From NCBI GenBank assembly GCA_002269645.1, contig NIVC01002792.1:124001-188000 (forward strand): a stretch of DNA of 64,000 bases, read 5' to 3'. This document shows positions 52,005 to 64,000 of this stretch, in pieces; positions within the stretch are counted from its first letter, which is position 1; every line of letters starts with the position of its first letter. The position numbers and the translations under genes are program-made. The notes under the pieces were generated by a model. The model did no database searches. It saw only the letters and a program-made list of their open reading frames with translations, and was not told where the DNA came from. The DNA is from Macrostomum lignano. Its lineage: Eukaryota.

Positions 52005-52220
52005 TGCCATCTAATTGCGTGAGCAACTGTCAGAGCCAAAATGAATCACTTCATTATCAAATTGGTTTGCCATCTAATTGTGTCAGCAACTGTCAGAGCC
52101 AAAATGAATCACTTCATTGTCAAATTAGTTTTGCCATCTAATTGTGTCAGCAACTGTCAGAGCCAAAATGAATCACTTCATTATCAATTTCGTTTGCCAT
52201 CTAATTGTGTGAGCAACTGC
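52005..52220. repeat. ~62-bp tandem repeat upstream of the ZNF gene
   Basis: AAAATGAATCACTTCATT.TCAAATT.GTTTGCCATCTAATTGTGTCAGCAACTGTCAGAGCC, about 3.5 copies. Confidence 0.9.
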
Positions 52221-52279
52221 TCCAACCAATGCATGCCCAGTGCAAGACTCAATCGAACAGTTATGCCAGGCACTAAGCT

Positions 52280-55200
52280 ATGTCTGACAGCGATGACCTT
52301 GTAATCCTGAGTCCGCCAACTGCCCGGAAAGGATTTCAAGGCCACCTGCTAATCAGCCCCGAGCGGGTCAAGAAGGAGCCAGCTGTGCAGATTGGCATGG
52401 TCAGGCCCTCCCTGTCAGCAGCATCCACTAGCAATATTAATACTCAGCCAGGTCTGTCAGTTCCTCTACTGAACTCTCAGTCTGTCTCCAGGACTTTGAG
52501 CATTCCTAGTTCGCGTGTTCCTGTTACCTCCAGGTGAGGAATTTAGTTTAACTGGGGGGTCACAGCATTCCAGGCCCACGGTGGGCTCATTAGAAGTACA
52601 ATAAGTACTGTGTTATCCAAAGCCACCAACCCCCACTCCACCGCAGGCACCCCGCTATCGTATCGGCAGCAGCTGCAGGCGGCCCCAGGCTCAACCCGGC
52701 TCTGCAGACCCCCGGCCCAGGACTGTATTATCGCACTGTGAATCCTCGAGAGCAGCAGCTCGACCCGCAGCCTCATCAGCAGCTCCAGCAGCAGCAAGCA
52801 GCCAAGAGCTCACTAATTCAACCCGGAATGCCTGGCCCTCCAACCGCTCAGCTTCCCGGCCAGCCGGCCAGTTCCTTCGTCATCAACAGCCAGTCTGGGG
52901 CGCCTCGTGTTGACCAGACCGCCCCTGTGCTGCTGGACTCCCGCCTGATCCTGTCTCACGTGTCCCCGCTGGAGAATCACGACTCGCACCAGCTGCTCAA
53001 CCAGATCAAGTATCCGCACGAGCCCTCGGCCATTATCAAATGCATCGAGTGCTGCGACCAGTTCTACTTCCGGCACTGCTACCAGCATCACAGGTTTGCT
53101 CTTTGTCTGGGAGATTTGAGTATGGTGGATTGCTAACCTAACCAATTTCAAATGAATTAAAATCCAATGGATTGCTAACCAATCCATTTAATTGCTAATT
53201 ATAACCTAATGGATTGCTAGTCAGTCCGTCCATTTAATGCCCTTTAATCCCTTTCCCTCGTCGCCAGGGAGCGCCAGGTGGTGTCCATCACCTACAACTG
53301 CGAGATCTGCAACCGCAAGCTGGCCTTCTACAACAAGTGCGCCCTGTTCGCCCACGTCCGCACGCACAAGCTGGGCTCCGTTGACCCCAGCAAGCTGACC
53401 ATCTGCAGCCTACCGCTGCCCAAGCTCAAGACCCTGAGCGAGGTCAGCCTGAAGCAGGGAGTGTCCCAGCTGGAGCAGGCGCACGCCAAGTACCAGGAGG
53501 CGTTGAAGGCTCTTAACGCCTGCCTGCCGCCGGGCAGTCAGCAGCAACAGCAGCAGCTGCTGCAGCAGGTCGGCCAGCTCGGCGCCAACTTGAACCTGAC
53601 CGGCGCCGGAGCGTCCACTGCGGCCGCCTCAGCGTCCGCCACTACGGCTTCTGCCCCCGCCTCCACAGCTGCCGCTACCGCCGGGCTTCCCGGGACGTCG
53701 TCAGGCAGCGCCGTGGTGCCGATCACCATCGACCTTGAAGAGGGCAGCGGCGCCGGTGGCGGCTCCGACTCCGCTGCCAACTCTGTTGCTGGCGATGTCG
53801 CTGCGACTGTCGCCACCGACATGAGCGCAGCTTCGACTGCCTCTGGGGCGGCCGGCCAAGAGGCCAAGGACTCCCGTCCGACTGCCGTTGTGGAGCCGGC
53901 TGTTCTCCAGGTTGGCGCGGGCTGAATGATATGGGGGAAAGCATGGTGGCGGTGCCAGTCCCACCCAGATCACTCATTCCCCACTGCTCCCCTGTCCCGC
54001 AGTCCCACCCTCATCACTCATTCCCCACTGCTCCCCTGTCCCGCAGTCCCACCCAGATCACTCATTCCCCACTGCTCCCCTGTCCCGCAGTCCCACCCAG
54101 AGCACTCATTCCCCACTGCTCCCCTGTCCTGCAGTCGCTGGTCGTCTTCGGCCAGGGCGACGCCGCCCCGGCCGAAGCAGCGGCCTCCTCGGCTTCAACG
54201 ATTCCTCGGCCGCGCCAGCAGCAAACCTGCGGTGTCTGCGGCGGCTCATTCGACAGTCTGGCCGTCCACCTGGGCGACAGCCTGAAGGAGTGCCCGCTGT
54301 GCAAGAAATTCGTGCCCGACAGCCGCTGCGCCCTCCGAGCCCACTTCCGGCTGCACTTGTCCGCCCCGGGCCCGTGTCCGGAGTGCGGCGAGGAGGTGGC
54401 CCCGGCCACCGCCACCCAGCTGGAGCGGGAGGTGGCCATGCGGGTTCACCTGAGGTCGCAGTGCTTGCACCTGCAGCGCTCCAAGGTGTTCATCTGCCTG
54501 AAATGCGAGTACCCGCCCAGGGCTTTCTCAGCTCTGAGGCAGCTGGCTGACCACATCATTCACAGTCACACTGAGAAGTTCTTCAAGTGTACCGTGTGCA
54601 CCCTGGCCTTCAGGCACACCAACCAGCTGGCTGCCCACCTGGAGAAGGAGCACAACTCGCAGCTAACTGGTATGCGGCTTCTTCTTTAGCGGCCGTTCCC
54701 CAGTACTGCCCCACTGGATATGGTCCTATGAGCATGTCCCATTGACCCTATAGATATGTCCCCATTGATCCTTTAGATAAGATGTGTCCCCATTGATCCT
54801 TTAGATAAGATGTGTCCCCATTGATCCTTTAGATAAGATGTGTCCCCATTGATCCTTTAGATAAGATGTGTCTCCATTGATCCTTTAGATAAGATATGTC
54901 CCCATTGATCCTTTAGATAAGATATGTCCCCATTGATCCTTTAGATAAGATATGTCCCCATTGATACTTTAGATAAGATGTGTCCCCATTGATACTTTAG
55001 ATAAGATGTGTCCCCATTGATCTTCAGGTCCCTTGTTCTTGTCCTATGTACATCCCTCGGTCTTATGGACATGCCACCTCAGTCCTATGTACATGTCCCC
55101 TCGGTCCTATGGACATGCCACCTCGGTCCTATGGACATGCCACCTCGGTCCTATGGACATGTCCCTCTCGGTCCTATGGACATGTCCCCTTGGTCCTATG

Positions 55201-56201
55201 GACATGCCCCCTTGGTCCTATGGACATGCCCCCTTGGTCCTATGTACATGCCCCCTTGGTCCTATGGACATGCCCCATACATGCGCAACAGTCGGCCGAG
55301 TCGGCCGATCTGGCCGACCGATTTGGCAGCCAACCAAGGAAGTCGCAAAAATACCCACCTGAAAAATTACCCAAGTAGTAGTATTAAGTAGCTGACGAGA
55401 CATTTTGGCTCAATAAGACAGTCATAGTTACTCCTGCCGTTTACCCAAAGTTGCGTTAATTTTGCTTTAGGGTTTTTTACATGTAAGTTGCATTTTTGGC
55501 CAAAAACTACGTCGCATTTTTGTTAAAACTAAGTCGCATGGCCGACCGAATTTTGGAGGTTGCGCCTGTATGACATGCCCCCTTGGTCCTATGGACATGT
55601 CCCCTTGGTCCTATGGACATGCCCCCTTGGTCCTATGGACATGCCACACCAGCTGTCTCTATGCTAACCAGACAAAATGGTTCCAACTGCTGTCCGCAGG
55701 CAAGCCGGCCAAGATCTTCAAGTGCCCTATCTGCGACCTGATCTTCAACGACTCCAGCAACCTGGGCAAGCACCTGCTCACCCACCTGCCCCACCAGCTG
55801 TTCTGCAAGTCTGCCATGGCCTTTCGCTGCCTGGACAGTTGCCGCCAGATCTTCCTGGAGAAGAAGGGCCTCAAGCGTCACCTGAACACCTGCCGCAGCA
55901 CGGTGGTCACCGACGCCAACCTGCCCTGTGTGCTCTGCGAAATCAACGTCAGCTTCTTCAACAACGTCGCCGAGCTGCGTTCGCACGAGGAGACCCACCT
56001 GAACCAAACCGCCGGCGGCTGGTGCCCCAACTGCGAGACCGAGGTGCCCGCCAACCTCCTGGACCACCTGCGCCAGGAGCAGAAGGCCAAGGACATCAAG
56101 GAGGGCCGCATCCAGGAGGAGCAGCAGAAGCAGGAGAAGCCGCAGAAGCAGCAACAGCAAGTGCAAGAGCCAAAGCAGCAGAAACCGGATGCAAAGCAGT
56201 C

Positions 56202-56232
<31 letters not shown>

Positions 56233-56999
56233 GTCAAGGTCACGTGCCACTGCGGTCGGGAAATGTCAGGCGCATCCGAGGTGGCCAAGTGAGTCTGGGA
56301 GTCTGAAATTTGAAATTCGAAATTTCTTCGTAAGCAAAGCTTTAAACTAATTAGGTGGCGAGGCATTGACCCACCATAAAGGAGTTATATTTTCTCCCGC
56401 CTTGTACCCATGCAATAACCGTAGCGCATGATTGAAATTGAACACCCATCGCCAGGCACACCTCGGAGGCCGCCCATCCCATCGTGCCGGAGGCCCAGCT
56501 GGTGAATCCGCAGTCGGGCCCCAGCGTGCTGTACCGCTGCCGCGACTGCCCGACTCAGCTGCCCTGCACTGAGCTCACCGAGCACATCTTTGCTCAGCAC
56601 CCCGGCCTGTGCTACCTGTGCAACTCAGCTCAGCGCAGCTCCGCCCACCTGCTGGCCTGCCTCCTGGCCGGTGCTCGCATGGAAGGCAGTCAGCTAGACG
56701 ACGACGCCGGCGCCTCGTCCGAGGGCAGCGTCGGCGGCGCGAAGCCGGCCGCCAGGTCGGGGTTCAAGCGGCCAGCCGAGCGGGAGCAGCAACAGCAGCG
56801 GGAGCAGCAGAAGCCGGAGCCGGCCAAGATTGCCCGCGTCTCCTCGTCGGCCGCCGCTGAAGAGTCGGCGTCTCCGCCAGCCTCGGCCTCGGCCGCCACC
56901 GCGACATCCAGCGGCCTGGCCTGCGGCGAGTGCGGCATGCGCTTCCTGACCAAGTCCGCGCTGCAGGTGCACCGGGTGGCCACCAGGCATGATTTGTAA
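52280..56999 (+). CDS. Multi-C2H2 zinc-finger protein of the ZNF532/ZNF592/ZNF687 family, 1003 aa, 6 exons
   Basis: join(52280-52533,52647-53093,53268-53910,54135-54669,55700-56288,56456-56999) = 3012 nt, in frame, GT-AG. Family-type motif C..C...L.FYNKCALFAH, then CPLC..H..LH, CPECG..CLH and further C2H2 fingers. Confidence 0.85.
53955..54134. repeat. 44-bp tandem repeat in ZNF intron 3; each unit ends in a splice-acceptor-like sequence
   Basis: TCCCACCCAGATCACTCATTCCCCACTGCTCCCCTGTCCCGCAG x4; AG at 53957, 54001, 54045, 54089 and 54133. Confidence 0.9.
54730..55642. repeat. ZNF intron 4 minisatellites: 28-bp GTCCCCATTGATCCTTTAGATAAGATGT, then ~22-bp CCCTTGGTCCTATGGACATGCC, split by the MITE
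   Basis: Read directly. Confidence 0.9.
55276..55572. mobile_element. hAT-type MITE, copy 2
   Basis: TIR CATACATGCGCAAC..GTTGCGCCTGTATG; perfect 8-bp TSD ACATGCCC (55268-55275 and 55573-55580). Confidence 0.85.
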
Positions 57000-57193
57000 C
57001 TCCCTGATTGATTGATCGAATCGTCTTGAACTGAATGGGACAGAATTCTGCCCAAGCCAGAGACGCGCAGAAAGAAGCGCGTTAATACTTGAGCGGCTGG
57101 TGGCACCGTTGCGGCACTGTAAAATGCAGAAGTCAAGTCATTCTGATCAATTTTGAAGACTAAATAAACTTGTCAACGCGACAACCATTGTTC

Positions 57194-58685
57194 TTTACCT
57201 GTTTGTCCGAGTCTGTCAGCTGATGATGGACAGACAGGTAGCTGTTTACCTGTTTGTCCGTGTCTGTCAGCTGATGATGGACAGGTAGCTGTTTACCTGT
57301 TTGTCCGAGTCTGTCAGCTGATGATGGACAGGTAGCTGTTTACCTGTTTGTCCGTGTCTGTCAGCTGATGATGGACAGGTAGCTGTTTACCTGTTTGTCC
57401 GTGTCTGTCAGCTGATGATGGACAGACAGGTAGCTGTTTACCTGTTTGTCCGTGTCTGTCAGCTGATGATGGACAGGTAGCTGTTTACCTGTTTGTCCGT
57501 GTCTGTCAGCTGATGATGGACAGACAGGTAGCTGTTTACCTGTTTGTCCGAGTCTGTCAGCTGATGATGGACAGGTAGCTGTTTACCTGTTTGTCCGTGT
57601 CTTTCAGCTGATGATGGACAGACAGGTAGCTGTTTACCTGTTTGTCCGTGTCTGTCAGCTGATGATGGACAGACAGGTAGCTGTTTACCTGTTTGTCCGA
57701 GTCTGTCAGCTGATGATGGACAGGTAGCTGTTTACCTGTTTGTCCGAGTCTTTCAGCTGATGATGGACAGACAGGTAGCTGTTTACCTGTTTGTCCGAGT
57801 CTGTCAGCTGATGATGGACAGGTAGCTGTTTACCTGTTTGTCCGTGTCTTTCAGCTGATGATGGACAGACAGGTAGCTGTTTACCTGTTTGTCCGTGTCT
57901 GTCAGCTGATGATGGACAGACGGGTAGCTGTTTACCTGTTTGTCCGTGTCTGTCAGCTGATGATGGACAGGTAGCTGTTTACCTGTTTGTCCGAGTCTGT
58001 CAGCTGATGATGGACAGGTAGCTGTTTACCTGTTTGTCCGTGTCTGTCAGCTGATGATGGACAGGTAGCTGTTTACCTGTTTGTCCGTGTCTGTCAGCTG
58101 ATGATGGACAGACAGGTAGCTGTTTACCTGTTTGTCCGTGTCTGTCAGCTGATGATGGACAGGTAGCTGTTTACCTGTTTGTCCGTGTCTGTCAGCTGAT
58201 GATGGACAGACAGGTAGCTGTTTACCTGTTTGTCCGAGTCTGTCAGCTGATGATGGACAGGTAGCTGTTTACCTGTTTGTCCGTGTCTTTCAGCTGATGA
58301 TGGACAGACAGGTAGCTGTTTACCTGTTTGTCCGTGTCTGTCAGCTGATGATGGACAGACAGGTAGCTGTTTACCTGTTTGTCCGAGTCTGTCAGCTGAT
58401 GATGGACAGGTAGCTGTTTACCTGTTTGTCCGAGTCTTTCAGCTGATGATGGACAGACAGGTAGCTGTTTACCTGTTTGTCCGAGTCTGTCAGCTGATGA
58501 TGGACAGGTAGCTGTTTACCTGTTTGTCCGTGTCTTTCAGCTGATGATGGACAGACAGGTAGCTGTTTACCTGTTTGTCCGTGTCTGTCAGCTGATGATG
58601 GACAGACAGGTAGCTGTTTACCTGTTTGTCCGTGTCTGTCAGCTGATGATGGACAGACAGGTAGCTGTTTACCTGTTTGTCAGCT
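57194..58685. repeat. 50/54-bp self-complementary minisatellite (~28 copies) after the ZNF poly(A) signal (AATAAA 57163)
   Basis: CAGCTGATGATGGACAG(ACAG)GTAGCTGTTTACCTGTTTGTCCG[T/A]GTCT[G/T]T. Confidence 0.95.
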
Positions 58686-59289
58686 GGTGTCTCAACTCAC
58701 GAAGAAGATCATACATGTAACGCCCGCCTGCTGACTTGAATGCGCGGGCGATCACTGCACAGCTGTTTGAGAAGAGGCCTCTTGGCTGGGTTCAAGCCGA
58801 ATCCAGTAAAAGACCTGCAAGACAATGTGACGCAATGAGACTCCTGGAATACGCGGCTCGGCTCCCATAGACCGGCCGGATTCTCCCCGGCAGTCCCAAG
58901 AGGCCGGCCACAATGGTAAATCATCGCGTCGCTCCGCCGGCAGCAAATCATGACTGTTTCATGAGGCAGGCGAGGCGGTAGGTGCGGGCGAAATTAAATA
59001 AATCACTGCGCCCCAGCTGCCCCACCCCGAGTTTCTTACAAGCTACTGGTCCCCCCAGACACAGATTTGTCTAAGCTTTCAGCTTCTGCGCCCCATCACT
59101 GAGAGCTCTCCGCTCTTCCAGCCGCTGCCCGGAGTCGCCACCGATGTCTCCAAGGGGACTCGGCGAGCCACAATTGGATTATGGGTGGCTTGTGAGAAGG
59201 GCTTGTAAATTGTAGCTCTTTGCCTAATTCAGCGGCTTGTGTGGCGGCGGCCTGGCCAGCGCCTTGGCCTGCCTCTGCCGCGGAATTGC

Positions 59290-59390
59290 CGAGCAAATTG
59301 GCGGGCATTGGCTCTCATTCAGCCAATAAGGCGGAATCAATACCCGGCCCGCCTGGCCCGCCTCTGATTGGCTGGGCCGCCTGCCTGCCC
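59290..59390 (+). promoter_or_regulatory. Candidate promoter of the CA-like gene (clustered CCAAT/ATTGG and GC boxes)
   Basis: Four ATTGG/CCAAT motifs and two CCCGCC motifs within 100 bp, 130-230 bp upstream of the ATG. Confidence 0.45.
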
Positions 59391-59522
59391 ATCATCTGCG
59401 CAGCGTACATTCATAATGCGATTCCCTCGGCCTCGAGTCCCGCAATAACTCTGCGCGGACTCACCGCCGCCCTGCTACTGGGAGCCACAGGCCAAGGCAG
59501 GCAGACAGACAGACAGCCAAGG

Positions 59523-62500
59523 ATGCCGCTGGGATATCCAGCTGGTGCTGTGGGAGTTTTCAACGGCGGCTGGGCAACTCTGCTGCTCCTGATGGCCACG
59601 CTGCCAGCTGGTGAGTAATTTCACTTTGAGTCGATTCTCGCTGTTCAAGTAAATTCTCACATTTGCGTCCGCCGCTTGCAGCCCTCAGCGTCTGGAAGGA
59701 CAAAAACTGGAATGATCAGCTGGACGACTGGTGGCACTACAGGACTGGCATCATCGGGGGTGAGTCTTGCCCTATTAGGCCATTAGACTACTTCTAGTGA
59801 TAACAGTTTCACCATATTAGGCAATTAGACTACATGTATTTCAACTGATAGCAGTCTTGCCCTATTAAGTCTCCTTCTATTAGGCAATTAGACTTTTTCA
59901 ACTGATAAAAGTCTTCTTGTATTAGGCAATCAGACTATTTCAATTGATTAAAGTCTCCTTCTATTAGGCAATTAGACTATTTCAACTGATAAAAGTCTCC
60001 TTCTATTAGGCAATTAGACTTTTTCAACTGATAAAAGTCTTCTTGTATTAGGCAATCAGACTATTTCAATTGATTAAAGTCTCCTTCTATTAGGCAATTA
60101 GACTATTTCAACTGATAAAAGTCTCCTTCTATTAGGCAATTAGACTTTTTCAACTGATAAAAGTCTTCTTGTATTAGGCAATCAGACTATTTCAATTGAT
60201 TAAAGTCTCCTTCTGTTAGGCAATTAGACTTTTTCAACTGATAAAAGTCTCCTTCTATTAGGCAATCAGACTATTTCAATTGATTAAAGTCTCCTTCTAT
60301 TAGGCAATCAGACTATTTCAATTGATTAAAGTCTCCTTCTATTAGGCAATCAGACTATTTCAATTGATTAAAGTCTCCTTCTATTAGGCAATTAGACTAT
60401 TTAAACTGATAGCAGTCTTGCCCTATTAGGCAATTAGACTATTTCAACTGATAAAAGTCTCCTTCTATTAGGCAATTAGACTATTTAAACTGATAGCAGT
60501 CTTGCCCTATTAGGCAATTAGACTATTTCAACTAATAAAAGTCTCCTTCTATTAGGCAATTAGACTATTTCAACTGATAGCAGTCTTGCCCTATTAGGCA
60601 ATTAGACTAATACAACTGATAGCAGTATTTCCCTATTAGGTCATTAGAGCATTTAAACTCTCTTATTAGGCATTATTAGCCTCACATCCATAGTAACTGC
60701 TAGCTTTGCGAGTAAAATGAAATTATGAAATTTGCACTCACTGGTTTCTGGAGCTGACAAGAGCACAAATGTACAAAACTGCTCACTCGCCCAGCTGCAG
60801 TGCCAATACGATCGATTCTGCAATCGAGGCCACCCGAGGTGCGAGTTCGGGGAGAAATTCGGGGGGGGGCACCCCAGGACACAAATATGGGAATAAAAAC
60901 ACTGAGATATCCTGAGCACAGATTCCCAGCTCACCCATGACTGCCCGGTGCGGCCAGCATTCATCGCCAATAAGTATAATTTTCCCTGCTCATGCAGAAT
61001 CCCCCACTTGTCCCAGCCATTGATTTGAGACCTGCTCAGATCTGCCTTGGCTCCGTCCGCGCCTCCTTCATCCCTTACAGCCTCTCGAACTCTCCCAGGC
61101 CGCCCCAGCTGGCCAGGAGGGTCAGTTATATAAGTTGAGGATCTGGGATTTCAAAGCTGACCAAATTTGAGGCGCCTCATCGCCTATCAGCCTCCGCGGC
61201 TCTAATTGAACTCGAATGGCCGCGGTATTCGCGCCCTGAAATCTCATTCGGCACGAGTTCCCCCACTCGCCTCCTTGATCCGCTGCCAAGAGTCTCTCCG
61301 TCTACGAGTGGCTGCGGGACTGCGATTTTCATTTTTTCCGCGATTTAATTACGAGACTTTCGAGTGGGGTTGCGGAAGTGCTGGGATCGCCGCCCGCGCA
61401 TGCAGCCATAACTCTGCTGGAGATTTTTCTAATTTTCCCCAATTTCGATTCGGCAACTGTCAGCGTCTCTGGTTCGCTCTGGCACTCAAATCACTCAGTT
61501 CTAGTCACTCCGTTCTAGTCACTCCGTTCTAGTCACTCCGTTCTAGTCACTCCGTTCTAGTCACTCCGTTCTAGTCACTCCGTTCTAGTCACTCCGTTCT
61601 AGTCACTCCGTTCTAGTCACTCCGTTCTAGTCACTCCGTTCTAGTCACTCCGTTCTAGTCACTCCGTTCTAGTCACTCCGTTCTAGTCACTCCGTTCTAG
61701 TCACTCCGTTCTAGTCACTCCGTTCTAGTCACTCCGTTCTAGTCACTCCGTTCTAGTCACTCCGTTCTAGTCACTCCGTTCTAGTCACTCCGTTCTAGTC
61801 ACTCCGTTCTAGTCACTCCGTTCTAGTCACTCCGTTCTAGTCACTCCCTTCTTAGTCACTCCCTTTTAGTCACTCCGTTCTTAATCACTCCCTTCTAGTC
61901 ACTCCCTTCTAGTCACTCCCTTCTAGTCACTCCCTTCTAGTCACTCCCTTCTAGTCCCTGCCATCTAGTCACCTTATTTTTCGACACTTTGTTCTAATCG
62001 TTCCATTCTCGTTAACCTATTCTATTCACCCACATTTCTGTTCCTCTTTTCTTGTCACTATTCGATTATGCTGTCAATCTACGACGCTGCAATCACTCTA
62101 TCCTAGTCACTCCATTCTACTTACTCAACTCTAACCCTACTTTTCCGGTCACTATTCTCGTCACCCTACTCTAGTCACCCTACTCTAGTCACCCTACTCT
62201 AGTCACCCTACTCTAGTCACCCTACTCTAGTCACCCTACTCTAGTCACCCTACTCTAGTCACCCTACTCTAGTCACCCTACTCTAGTCACCCTACTCTAG
62301 TCACCCTACTCTAGTCACCCTACTCTAGTCTACTCTAGTCACTCTACTCTAGTCACCCTACTCTAGTCACTCTACTCTAAGTCACCCTACTCTCCGCAGG
62401 CCCGGAGCAGTGGGGCCGCAAGGCCTACATGACCTACAATCTGTGGCAGATCTGCCATCGAGGCAGGCACCAATCGCCCATAAACATATCGACTGCTAAC

Positions 62501-62554
62501 CTGGTCTACGACTCGAACCTGGGACCTCTGACCCTGACCGGAGCTGATGAAGCG
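59523..62554 (+). CDS. Secreted alpha-carbonic anhydrase / CA-related protein (CA10/11-like), 5' partial
   Basis: join(59523-59610,59682-59759,62400-62554): signal peptide, DDWWHY..GPEQWG..WQICHRGRHQSPINI..LVYDSNLGPL. No further exon recognised inside the window. Confidence 0.8.
59790..60650. repeat. 42-bp minisatellite in CA intron 2
   Basis: TTAGGCAATTAGACTATTTCAACTGATAAAAGTCTCCTTCTA, with subtypes. Confidence 0.95.
61497..62390. repeat. Two related 14-bp arrays in CA intron 2: (CTAGTCACTCCGTT)n 61497-61960 and (CTAGTCACCCTACT)n 62158-62390
   Basis: Read directly; the second array ends about 10 nt before the acceptor at 62399. Confidence 0.95.
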
Positions 62555-62605
62555 GTAAGGAGAATCGAAGCTTCGTTGGTTAGTTGATCAACTCACGAAG
62601 CACCC

Positions 62606-63070
62606 ATTCCCATTGAACACTGTGGGTCAGCACGCATTCCCATTGAACACTGTGGGTCAGCACGCATTCCCATTGAACACTGTGGGTCAGCACGCATTCC
62701 CATTGAACACTGTGGGTCAGCACGCATTCCCATTGAACACTGTGGGTCAGCACCCATTCCCATTGAACACTGTGGGTCAGCACGCATTCCCATTGAACAC
62801 TGTGGGTCAGCACCCATTCCCATTGAACACTGTGGGTCAGCACGCATTCCCATTGAACACTGTGGGTCAGCACGCATTCCCATTGAACACTGTGGGTCAG
62901 CACGCATTCCCATTGAACACTGTGGGTCAGCACGCATTCCCATTGAACACTGTGGGTCAGCACGCATTCCCATTGAACACTGTGGGTCAGCACGCATTCC
63001 CATTGAACACTGTGGGTCAGCACGCATTCCCATTGAACACTGTGGGTCAGCACGCATTCCCATTGAACTA
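62606..63070. repeat. 30-bp minisatellite in CA intron 3
   Basis: CATTCCCATTGAACACTGTGGGTCAGCAC[G/C], about 15 copies. Confidence 0.95.
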
Positions 63071-64000
63071 TAGGCAGAGAACAGACTCAAGAATGACATC
63101 AGCTAGCAAAGGGCTGATGTGCTCTATAAATATTCTTATTTGATCTTAGCGCTACAGAGAGACTCCAGTCAAAAGGGTATTGACTTTCCCAGCTTCAAGG
63201 TAACTCTGCAGCTCTGCCGCGCTACCTTGCTTTTGGAGTCTCTTTGACGCAAACAGCTTCTCCATTTTCCTCGTCGAAGGCGTGGCGTGGCTCTCTGCTC
63301 AAATCGATGAAGCCTTCTCTGACTCCATCAGCGATCAGCGATGGGCGGAACCACCCGGAAGCTGAGCTCCAAGTGCTCCGATAACGACTCTGGGGGAAGA
63401 TGCCGCTGCTCGCCCACACCCAGCCTCCGCAGCCTCTGTTTTACAATTCTCCATCATCTACCCAGATTCCTGCCCAGTCAAGGACCCGCGGCCCTTGTCA
63501 GCACTGATTGGGGAGGGGGGATGAGGCTGCCAGACTCCTCCCAGATCGAGTCCGGGCAATTTTAGAGGCGAAAACTCGTGGCGGCTTTAACGAAATTTGA
63601 GTTACGGCCCGACTTATTCATTCTCCCGCCTCTAATGATTTGAAACGAGCCAGCCCAGTTGATGAAGCTGCTGCTGAGAGGCTGGGGGAGGCTGCGCAGA
63701 GCTGATGGGGCAGCTCTAGCAAGGCCGCACTTGGCACACTGAGGAGCAATGATTGACACATTCGCTGATGATCCGTGAAATGTGGATCCGGGAGTTGTGA
63801 AGTCCTCAACTGTTGCAATGAGTTTGGCGTATCATTTGGAATGGCTTTGGACAGTGGCCAGCCCATTAGAGAGGTGTGCGCACGAGAATGAGGGGGGCTG
63901 CACGCTTGACAGGCGTGAGATTGGAGGGTGGGAAGTCAGGAAATGCAACCGGGATGATGACAAACGATGCTGGGATAGAGGATAAATTGGGAAAAGAGGA

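Noticed and set aside
57194-58685. Canonical hammerhead ribozyme or C/D snoRNA array
   Set aside because: The GAAA core and stems I/III are absent; TGATGA and CTGA overlap instead of flanking a guide.
63100-64000. Further CA exons or short ORFs at the window end
   Set aside because: No CA-like translation with credible splice sites was found.

Overview
Eukaryotic (metazoan) genomic DNA. The GC-rich exons and the introns packed with mini- and microsatellites suggest the flatworm Macrostomum; this is inference only. Six spliced host genes were assembled by hand from GT-AG junctions and frame continuity: TCTN2-like tectonic (+); an atypical Gyc88E/GCY-35-type soluble guanylate cyclase with a distal H-NOX Tyr and a C-terminal CaaX (-); a peroxiredoxin-fold gene lacking the peroxidatic Cys, 660 bp upstream of the cyclase on the same strand (-); RPL19 with a 5-nt first coding exon and a TOP/TCT start (-); a ZNF532/592/687-like zinc-finger gene (+); and the 5' part of an alpha-carbonic-anhydrase(-related) gene (+). 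Mobile DNA includes a decayed Ngaro/DIRS element, a Gypsy RT relic, a tRNA-derived SINE, a decayed mariner, two copies of a hAT-type MITE, a second decayed LINE, and a full-length LOA/Lian-like LINE whose ORF2 is split by a Sola2-like DNA transposon. There are about 20 tandem arrays, including a 5.4-kb 22-mer array with one binary G/T site. No CRISPR, rRNA or convincing tRNA gene was seen. The best candidate for an undescribed system is the Cys-less peroxiredoxin plus O2-type cyclase pair, joined by an operon-like spacer.
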